DNA of 5,699 nt from an uncultured archaeon (lineage in GTDB: Archaea > Iainarchaeota > Iainarchaeia > Iainarchaeales > CSSED10-239), in the NCBI GenBank assembly GCA_964468895.1, contig CAYXWT010000044.1, forward strand, positions 1 to 5,699, given 5' to 3'. Both the position numbers and the translations under genes were made by a program. Of the stretch, positions 1 to 5,654 are shown one piece after another; positions within the stretch are counted from its first letter, which is position 1; each line of letters starts with the position of its first letter. The notes beneath the pieces were generated by a model, which made no database searches, had not been told where the DNA came from, and saw only the letters and a program-made list of their open reading frames with translations.

Positions 1-11
1 CGCCAGAAGCT
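1..11 (+). repeat. Partial copy (3' 11 nt, CGCCAGAAGCT) of the boundary repeat; identical to 5689-5699, and 8 of the 11 nt (CGCCAGAA) also occur at 4201-4208
   Basis: Exact 11/11 string identity between the first and last 11 nt of the window. The 11-mer has 6 G/C in a window that is otherwise about 75% A+T. Confidence 0.7.
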
Positions 12-51
12 TTGTTATAATTAATTATTATTTTAATTCAATTAATACTTT

Positions 52-58
52 TTCTGGC
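52..58. repeat. TTCTGGC, inverted complement of GCCAGAA at 2-8, separated by a 43-nt almost pure A/T spacer
   Basis: Direct reverse-complement match of 7 nt. If the left arm is extended using the copy at 5678-5696, about 7 of the next 11 positions also pair once one base is bulged. Confidence 0.45.
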
Positions 59-259
59 TGAGAAATCAAGAATATTAAATTTGATAAATGTATTCTGTGA
101 TATATTATTACATACAAATTTTTTTTAAGTACTTAATTCAAATGTTTTTCTGTTTTCATATTATTATAGTTTTTAATAATTTTAATTATAGAAATAGGTA
201 AATAAAAGCTTTGTATTAAACTTGAAATTGCAAAGTTGTTTTCTTTTTTTGATGATAAT

Positions 260-280
260 CTATGTAACAATGTTACATAG
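260..280. promoter_or_regulatory. Perfect palindrome CTATGTAACA-A-TGTTACATAG; candidate PadR autoregulatory operator
   Basis: Arms of 10 nt with a 1-nt centre. It contains ATGT-N9-ACAT, close to the ATGT-N8-ACAT motif reported for PadR-family operators. It sits immediately upstream of a TATA-like box and 34 nt upstream of the padR-like ATG. Confidence 0.6.
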
Positions 281-281
281 G

Positions 282-290
282 TTTATATAT
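282..290 (+). promoter_or_regulatory. TATA-box-like TTTATATAT centred about 27 nt before the ATG at 314 (implies a leaderless or near-leaderless mRNA if the host is archaeal)
   Basis: Spacing to the start codon matches archaeal TATA-to-TSS spacing, and no Shine-Dalgarno motif precedes 314. Caveat: many A/T strings in this region look TATA-like. Confidence 0.35.
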
Positions 291-313
291 TTTTTGTTAT
301 ATATATTTCTATA

Positions 314-673
314 ATGGTTACTACAGAATATATAGATAATTATCCTGAAAAAATATGGTTGCAATTTCTTATATTGAGATTGATTTATGAAAATCCAACT
401 TATGGATATCAGTTAATTAAAGATATTCATAAAATAAGTCAAGGGAAACATATAGTTAAATCAGGTACTATGTATACTACTCTTAGACGAATGGAAAAAA
501 ATAATTTATTAAATTCTGTTTGGGAAAAAAATAAATCAGGTCCTAATAGTAGGATTTATAATATAACTATAAAAGGTAAATTAAAACTTAAGAGTTTACT
601 TAAAATGGTTGTTGAAAGAAAAACAATAATAGATAAAATGATTAAATTCTATAAAAAAGAATTTAAAGAATAA
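314..673 (+). CDS. PadR-family transcriptional regulator (short, ~119 aa, winged helix-turn-helix)
   Basis: Hallmark PadR pattern: YGYQLIKDI ... GTMYTTLRRMEKNNLLNSVWE ... G..RIYNITIKG, followed by a C-terminal helix. Size fits the short PadR subfamily (LmrR-like). Confidence 0.85.
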   Translation: MVTTEYIDNYPEKIWLQFLILRLIYENPTYGYQLIKDIHKISQGKHIVKSGTMYTTLRRMEKNNLLNSVWEKNKSGPNSRIYNITIKGKLKLKSLLKMVVERKTIIDKMIKFYKKEFKE

Positions 674-701
674 TAAAATATATGATTAATTAAGATGATT
701 T

Positions 702-926
702 ATGAAATTAAAACTACATAAAATTTTATTATGGATTACTATGATATCTTTATTTTTTTTAACTATTTCAACTATTCCTTTATTAGTTAGTTTTTTAAAA
801 AATGTTGATGTTAAGTTTCCAATTTTGGTGAATATTCACGTTTGGTCTGGTGTTGTATTATTATTAGTTATATTAATTAGAGTTTGTATTAATCGTAAAA
901 AATTAAAAATTATGCTTACTAATTAG
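702..926 (+). CDS. Small integral membrane protein, two predicted TM helices, unknown function
   Basis: Hydrophobic stretches ILLWITMISLFFLTISTIPLLVSFL and VWSGVVLLLVILIRVCI, with a basic tail RKKLK. It is co-oriented and lies 28 nt after the PadR stop. The H-x-W-x-G before TM2 is faintly reminiscent of DUF4405-type membrane proteins (weak). Confidence 0.55.
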   Translation: MKLKLHKILLWITMISLFFLTISTIPLLVSFLKNVDVKFPILVNIHVWSGVVLLLVILIRVCINRKKLKIMLTN

Positions 927-943
927 TTATTTTTTTAAAAATT

Positions 944-949
944 AAGGAG
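944..949 (+). promoter_or_regulatory. Shine-Dalgarno-like AAGGAG upstream of the surface-protein gene
   Basis: AAGGAG lies 4 nt before TTG at 954 and 13 nt before ATG at 963. Confidence 0.45.
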
Positions 950-953
950 TTTA

Positions 954-2150
954 TTGATTTGCATGTTTAATAAAAAAATTGTTTTTGTATTGTTTTTATT
1001 TTTATTTCTATCTTTTATTTCTGGATTCGTTTTTTCAGAAAGGTATATAGATAGTTCTTATGTACAAGTTATTGCGCAAGAAGTTAGCCCTGAACCAGTA
1101 GAACCAGGACAAGATTTTTTAATAAAAGTTAGAGTTCATAATTTTGGAACCGTTGATGCCACTAATGTAAAGGTTAATCTAAATTTAAATTATCCTTTTT
1201 ATCTAAAAAATACTAGTGAAGCGTTTGTTGATTTTAATAAAATTTGTTCTAATTGTTCTGCAGAAAATACATATTATTTTACAGTAGATAGTTCTGCAGT
1301 TTCAGGAATCTATCCTATACATTTTAATATTTCTGAAATTAATAATAAAACTGTATCTTTTAGGCCTCAAATAATAGATGTTTCTATTTTAGGTAAACCA
1401 GATTTAGTTTTAGAAACTAAACAAATTGATAAAAATATTTCTGCAGGAGATATTTTTAATATTTCTTTTCTTTTAAAAAATATCGGTACGGGAAACTCTA
1501 GAAATATTAAAGTGATTCCTAATTCAAAAGATTTTATGCTTTTAGGATCAAATACTAAATGGTTTGACAAATTAGGTCCTAATCAAGAGGTGTTATTTGA
1601 TTTAAATTTTATCTCTAATAAAGATCTAGTTGCAAACAGTTATTTATTCCCTATAAATTTAGAATTTTTAGGAGAAAAACAAAATATTCATACTTATTCT
1701 TATAACATTGGAATTAATCTTTTAGGAAAAGCAGATTTGTCTTTACAAAATCTAAAAATTAATCCCGTAAATCCTAATTTAAAAGATTTAGTTAGTTTTG
1801 AAGGTGTTATTGAAAATATTGGAAATGGTAAGGCAAATAATGTTTTTGTAGAATTATTTATTTTAAATGGAAATAATTATAAATATTTTATTGGACAATT
1901 AAATAAAGATGATGATGCTCCATTTTATTTTAATAAAATTAAATTTGATTCTTATGGAGATAATGAAGTTATTTTAAAAATAAACTATAATGATGATTAT
2001 GGTAATTATGAACTAGAAATACCATTTAATCAAAATGTGCAAAAATCTTCTAATTTGTCTTTATTTTTAATAATTTTGATGTTATTTTTAATTTTAGGTT
2101 CTAGTTTATATTTCTTAAAATTTAAAAAAAACAAAAAAACAAAAAAATAA
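954..2150 (+). CDS. Secreted, C-terminally membrane-anchored surface protein with three CARDB / COG1361 (S-layer-domain-like) beta-sandwich repeats
   Basis: N-terminal signal-like segment KKIVFVLFLFLFLSFISGFVFS. Three units with a 111-aa period (GKPDLVL at aa 147, GKADLSL at aa 258), each with the CARDB-like signature: P.PVEPGQDF.I.V.V.N.G...A.NV.V, then ISAGDIF.ISFLLKNIGTGNSRNIKV, then NPNLKDLVSFEGVIENIGNGKANNVFV. C-terminal TM LSLFLIILMLFLILGSSLYFL plus a KFKKNKKTKK tail. At least 7 N-x-S/T sequons. The start may be TTG 954 or ATG 963. Confidence 0.75.
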   Translation: MICMFNKKIVFVLFLFLFLSFISGFVFSERYIDSSYVQVIAQEVSPEPVEPGQDFLIKVRVHNFGTVDATNVKVNLNLNYPFYLKNTSEAFVDFNKICSNCSAENTYYFTVDSSAVSGIYPIHFNISEINNKTVSFRPQIIDVSILGKPDLVLETKQIDKNISAGDIFNISFLLKNIGTGNSRNIKVIPNSKDFMLLGSNTKWFDKLGPNQEVLFDLNFISNKDLVANSYLFPINLEFLGEKQNIHTYSYNIGINLLGKADLSLQNLKINPVNPNLKDLVSFEGVIENIGNGKANNVFVELFILNGNNYKYFIGQLNKDDDAPFYFNKIKFDSYGDNEVILKINYNDDYGNYELEIPFNQNVQKSSNLSLFLIILMLFLILGSSLYFLKFKKNKKTKK

Positions 2151-2169
2151 AGAAATGATTTAGACTTAC

Positions 2170-3369
2170 ATGAATAAAAAAGATTTAAAGTTAATGTTTT
2201 TTTTAGCTTATAAAAATATTGTGAAAAGCAAATCTACTTTTTTAGTAATCGTAGCTGTAATGGCTATGAGTTTTTTATCAATCACTTTTTTTTCTGCAAT
2301 TATTGATGGTCTTAGTTATGAGTTTGAAGACTCAATGATTAAAGGTCAAACTGGTCATCTAATGATTGAACCCTCATCAGAGGAAAGTTTCATTTTTAAT
2401 TCAAATAGGCTTGAAAAAAATATATTTAAAATTCCTGGAGTAGTTGGTGTTGCTTCAAGATTAGAATCAAATATTTTAATTACTTTTAAAAATGAAGAGT
2501 TAGGTGCTCCAGTATTTTTCATTGATCCTGTTGATGAACTAAAAGTATCTAATTTTCACGAAAGTATAATTGAAGGTAGTTTTCTTTCATATAAAGATAC
2601 AGATGAAATTATTGTTGGTGCTGATTTATTAGAACAGTATGCTCCAAAAGATGATACTAAAAAAAGATTTAATCTTAGAGTAGGAGATCATGTTAATTTA
2701 ACCTTTAATAATGGATATACAAAAGAATATAAGATTAAAGGAATTTTTAAAACTGGTTCGAAATTTAGTGATGATAAAATATTAATTAATAAAAAAGAAT
2801 ATTTTTCTATATTTAAAAAAGAAAATATATCTCATAAAATACTTATTAAACTTCCGTCAAGAGGTTTAGAAAAAGAGTATATTCAAAAAATAAAAGCTTT
2901 AGGTGTTACTGAACAAATAAATCCATGGGAAACAAAAATTGGAATGATTAAACAATTTATAGGAAGTCTTCAAATTACTAATCAAATTACTGGTTTTATT
3001 GGTTTATTAACTGCATTTGCAACCATATATATTATTATTTTTATAAATGTTACAAATAAAAGAAAACAAATTGGTATTTTAAAAGCAATTGGTATAAAGA
3101 AAATAATTATACTAGGCTCATATATAATGCAATCTTTTATGTATGGTTTTATAGGTGTTATTTTAGGAAATATTATTATGCAAATTTTATTAGCTTTATT
3201 TGTAAGTCATCCTTTAGCTATGCCAATTGGAGATGTAGTTCCTTTATTGACAACAACTAAATTATTAACTACATCTTTGATTTTAATTCTTGCATCTATA
3301 ATTGCTGGTTTTTTTCCTTCAAGAAAAGCAGCTAATGATAATATTCTAGATGCTATATTTGGTGGCTAA
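2170..3369 (+). CDS. ABC transporter permease, FtsX/MacB-type (COG0577): TM1, ~220-aa extracytoplasmic domain, three C-terminal TMs
   Basis: N-terminal YKNIVKSKSTFLVIVAVMAMSFL is typical of MacB/LolC-like permeases, followed by a long soluble insert. The FtsX-domain motif KRKQIGILKAIGIKK lies between TM2 and TM3, and the terminal FFPSRKAANDNILDAI matches the family C-terminus. Confidence 0.9.
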   Translation: MNKKDLKLMFFLAYKNIVKSKSTFLVIVAVMAMSFLSITFFSAIIDGLSYEFEDSMIKGQTGHLMIEPSSEESFIFNSNRLEKNIFKIPGVVGVASRLESNILITFKNEELGAPVFFIDPVDELKVSNFHESIIEGSFLSYKDTDEIIVGADLLEQYAPKDDTKKRFNLRVGDHVNLTFNNGYTKEYKIKGIFKTGSKFSDDKILINKKEYFSIFKKENISHKILIKLPSRGLEKEYIQKIKALGVTEQINPWETKIGMIKQFIGSLQITNQITGFIGLLTAFATIYIIIFINVTNKRKQIGILKAIGIKKIIILGSYIMQSFMYGFIGVILGNIIMQILLALFVSHPLAMPIGDVVPLLTTTKLLTTSLILILASIIAGFFPSRKAANDNILDAIFGG

Positions 3370-3372
3370 ATT

Positions 3373-4062
3373 ATGATTAAAAATATTATTGAAGTAAATA
3401 AACTTGAAAGAATATATTCTAATGGTATAATTAAAACATATGCATTAAGAGATGTGTCTTTTAACATTAAGTCTGGTGAGTTTATTGCAATTATGGGGCC
3501 AAGTGGGTCTGGAAAAAGCACCTTACTTCATCAATTAGGCTTACTTGATTCACCTACAAATGGAAGTATTAAAATAGATACTGAAGATGTTTCTAAATTA
3601 ACAGATAATGACAAAACTAATTTTAGATTAGATAAATTAGGTTATGTTTTTCAATCTTATAATTTATTGCCAGAACTTAATGTTATTGAAAATGTTTTTT
3701 TAACTTCAATGGCAAAAGGACTAGAACCTCAAGATTATATTCTAAGAGCAAAAGATATTCTTGAAAGAGTAGGTCTTAAAGATAGGCTTTATTATTATCC
3801 TTCTGAGCTTTCTGGAGGTCAGCAACAAAGAGTTTCTATTGCTAGAGCATTAGTTAACAAACCTAAAATATTATTTGCAGATGAACCTACTGCAAATCTT
3901 GATTCTGATTCTTCTAAAGATGTAATCGATTTGTTTAGAAAATTAAATAAAGAAATTAATCAAACTATTGTAATGGTAACTCACGAGATTGATGAAGGTA
4001 AAAAAGCAGATAAGATAATTTGGATTAAAGATGGAATTTTAGATAATTCTAAGAATGTTTAA
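3373..4062 (+). CDS. ABC transporter ATP-binding protein, COG1136 (LolD/MacB/FtsE-like) class
   Basis: Walker A GPSGSGKST (nt 3496-3522), Q-loop VFQSYNL, signature LSGGQQQR (from nt 3808), Walker B ILFADEPT (from nt 3868) and H-loop VTHE. It starts 3 nt after the permease stop, with GGTGG 7 nt upstream. Confidence 0.95.
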   Translation: MIKNIIEVNKLERIYSNGIIKTYALRDVSFNIKSGEFIAIMGPSGSGKSTLLHQLGLLDSPTNGSIKIDTEDVSKLTDNDKTNFRLDKLGYVFQSYNLLPELNVIENVFLTSMAKGLEPQDYILRAKDILERVGLKDRLYYYPSELSGGQQQRVSIARALVNKPKILFADEPTANLDSDSSKDVIDLFRKLNKEINQTIVMVTHEIDEGKKADKIIWIKDGILDNSKNV

Positions 4063-4090
4063 TTCCTTGTCATATTGAGTAAAAAATAAA

Positions 4091-4115
4091 AAAATTAACT
4101 AAATTAGTTAATTTT
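4091..4115 (+). terminator. AT-rich hairpin AAAATTAACTA-AAT-TAGTTAATTTT followed by T-runs (4121-4124, 4129-4133, T7 at 4159-4165); candidate end of the ABC operon
   Basis: Perfect 11-bp inverted repeat with a 3-nt loop, 29 nt after the stop at 4062. Oligo-T tracts downstream fit archaeal or intrinsic termination. The stem is almost all A-T, so its stability is low. Confidence 0.35.
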
Positions 4116-4166
4116 AAATATTTTAATGTTTTTATAAGAAGAAAACAAGATAAAGTGATTTTTTTA

Positions 4167-4209
4167 AAAAAAGAATGCTTTTAACTTTTAGCTTAACTTT
4201 CGCCAGAAA
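4167..4209 (+). repeat. Boundary repeat copy A (AAAAAAGAATGCTTTTAACTTTTAGCTTAACTTTCGCCAGAAA)
   Basis: Ungapped alignment with 5655-5697 (offset 1488): 32/43 identical, and all 11 differences are transitions. Invariant blocks are GCTTTTAAC and CGCCAGAA. Confidence 0.7.
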
Positions 4210-4233
4210 GATTACTGCCCAAAAAAGGTTTAT

Positions 4234-4254
4234 TTGTGCACTTAGAGTGCACAA
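4234..4254. promoter_or_regulatory. Palindrome TTGTGCAC-TTAGA-GTGCACAA (twin GTGCAC hexamers) abutting a TATA-like TTTAAAAA (4255-4262); candidate operator for the ATPase gene
   Basis: Perfect 8-bp arms with a 5-nt spacer. The TATA-like box is centred about 26 nt before the ATG at 4285. The layout matches the PadR promoter at 260-290. Confidence 0.45.
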
Positions 4255-4284
4255 TTTAAAAACAATTCTATTTCTATATATTAT

Positions 4285-5547
4285 ATGGATAAAAAATATC
4301 TTGAGCAAATAGTTCTAGATCAAAAACAAAGATTATCTAAATTAGAAAATGGATATTCTAGAGATAAGCTATCAGAAATATCGAATTTAATAAAACCTAA
4401 AATAAATATAGTTGTTACTGGTCATAGAAGAGTAGGGAAATCTACTTTTCTTTTACAATGGATGAATAAATATTATAGTTCTGACTTCTATTATCTTGAT
4501 TTTTCGGACGAAAGATTAGCTGGCTTTGAAACTAAAGATTTTCAAGTATTATATGAAATATTTCTTGAAAATTTTGGAGAAAAAAAGGTTTTCTTTTTTG
4601 ATGAATTACAAGGTAAAAGATATGATTGGAACAAGTTTGTAAATAGATTATATTCTGAAGGAAAAAGATTCTTTATAACTGGTTCTAATGCTGAATTATT
4701 AAGTAAAGAAATATCCACATATCTTACAGGTAGACACTTTGATATTAGCATGTATCCTTTTTCTTTTAAAGAGTATTTAGGTTATAATAGTTTCAATAAA
4801 AACTATAAATCTACTTCTGGAAAAGTAGAAGCAATTAAATATTTTAATAAATATATAAAAGAAGGGGGATTTCCAGAAGTTATAGTTTATGGAAATAAAG
4901 ACATATTAGAAAATATATATCAAGATGTTATAAATACAGATATTTTATCTAGATATAATATAAAAGAAGAAGTTGAATTTAAGAAAATGGCTTTGTTTCT
5001 AATATTTAACTTTTCAAAAGAATTTTCTTATACTTCTTTAAAGAATAACTATAATTTAGGAAGTACACATACTGCTAAAAAATATGTTTCATATCTAACT
5101 AATACATATTTATTATTTGAGTTAACAAAATATGATTATTCTTTAAAAAAACAAGAAAACTATAGTAAAAAAATTTATGTTATAGATCCTGGACTAATTA
5201 ATCAATTAGCTTTTGCTTTTTCAGATAATATTGGTAGATTATATGAAAACGTAGTTTTTATAGAACTTTTAAGAAGAGGAAAAAAAGTTTATTTTTTTAA
5301 GGATAAACTTGATTATGAAATAGATTTTATAACTTTAGAGAAAAATAAAATTGTTTCTTTGATACAAGTATGTTATGACTTAAATGATATAAAGACTAAA
5401 GAAAGGGAAATAAGAGGATTATTATCTGGATTAGATGAATTCAAACTAAAAGAAGGAATAATAATAACTCGAGATTTAGAAAAAGAAGAAAAAATAGATG
5501 ATAAAATAATTAAATTTACTCCTTTATGGAAATGGTTATTAGAATAA
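4285..5547 (+). CDS. COG1373-type AAA+ ATPase (AAA_14 N-terminal domain + DUF4143 C-terminal domain)
   Basis: Walker A GHRRVGKST (nt 4420-4446), Walker B FFFDELQ (D-E at 4600-4605), ITGSNA sensor-like motif, and a C-terminal YEIDFI ... IQVCY segment aligning with the EVDF ... IEVK nuclease-fold motif I recall for this family. Length of 420 aa is typical. Confidence 0.85.
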   Translation: MDKKYLEQIVLDQKQRLSKLENGYSRDKLSEISNLIKPKINIVVTGHRRVGKSTFLLQWMNKYYSSDFYYLDFSDERLAGFETKDFQVLYEIFLENFGEKKVFFFDELQGKRYDWNKFVNRLYSEGKRFFITGSNAELLSKEISTYLTGRHFDISMYPFSFKEYLGYNSFNKNYKSTSGKVEAIKYFNKYIKEGGFPEVIVYGNKDILENIYQDVINTDILSRYNIKEEVEFKKMALFLIFNFSKEFSYTSLKNNYNLGSTHTAKKYVSYLTNTYLLFELTKYDYSLKKQENYSKKIYVIDPGLINQLAFAFSDNIGRLYENVVFIELLRRGKKVYFFKDKLDYEIDFITLEKNKIVSLIQVCYDLNDIKTKEREIRGLLSGLDEFKLKEGIIITRDLEKEEKIDDKIIKFTPLWKWLLE

Positions 5548-5654
5548 AGTTATAAATATAAAAACAAAGATTAATGTGGAAAACTTTTTTATTAAAAATA
5601 TTTATAAATTAATTTTAATAATAGTTAATAGGCATTTTAATAGTTATGAATAAT

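Noticed and set aside
7-12. AAGCTT (HindIII site) inside the terminal 11-mer, hinting at a cloning-fragment boundary
   Set aside because: The shared terminal sequence extends 6 nt 5' of the site (CGCCAG) and the window does not begin or end at the cut position. A restriction-fragment artefact does not explain the identity.
1-70. Canonical integron attC site at the cassette junction
   Set aside because: The inverted cores are GCCAGAA and TTCTGGC, not RYYYAAC and GTTRRRY. The nearby TTTTAAC and GTTATAA strings fail the consensus at one or more positions. No intI-like tyrosine recombinase is in the window. A non-canonical recombination site remains possible (see findings).
88-201. 37-aa hydrophobic ORF (MYSVIYYYIQIFF...) in the upstream non-coding region
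   Set aside because: It is short, with A/T-driven Ile/Phe/Tyr/Asn composition and no ribosome-binding site or promoter spacing. ORFs like this are expected by chance in DNA this AT-rich.
1367-1570. 67-aa ORF on the minus strand
   Set aside because: It lies entirely inside the well-supported CARDB-repeat gene on the opposite strand, has no recognisable motifs, and has the composition typical of an antisense shadow ORF in AT-rich DNA.
4175-4312. 45-aa ORF starting at ATG 4175 that runs through repeat copy A into the ATPase start
   Set aside because: Copy B has no start codon in the equivalent frame. Differences between the copies in that frame are mostly nonsynonymous (S/G, L/S, T/I, F/P). 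The conservation is therefore not at the protein level.
4542-4751. 69-aa ORF on the minus strand
   Set aside because: It is embedded antisense within the AAA+ ATPase gene across its Walker B region. No motifs or start context support it.
314-5547. Possible alternative genetic code (TGA or TAG recoding), as seen in some AT-rich uncultured lineages
   Set aside because: All six ORFs are intact under the standard code. Five end in TAA and one in TAG, Trp is encoded by TGG, and no truncated gene pieces suggest stop-codon reassignment.
5619-5646. TAATAGTTA repeated twice, 19 nt apart (5619-5627 and 5638-5646)
   Set aside because: This is a short motif, A/T except for a single G, in low-complexity DNA. 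Similar TAGTTAAT strings occur elsewhere (for example 4105-4112). It is not distinguishable from chance without genome-wide statistics.
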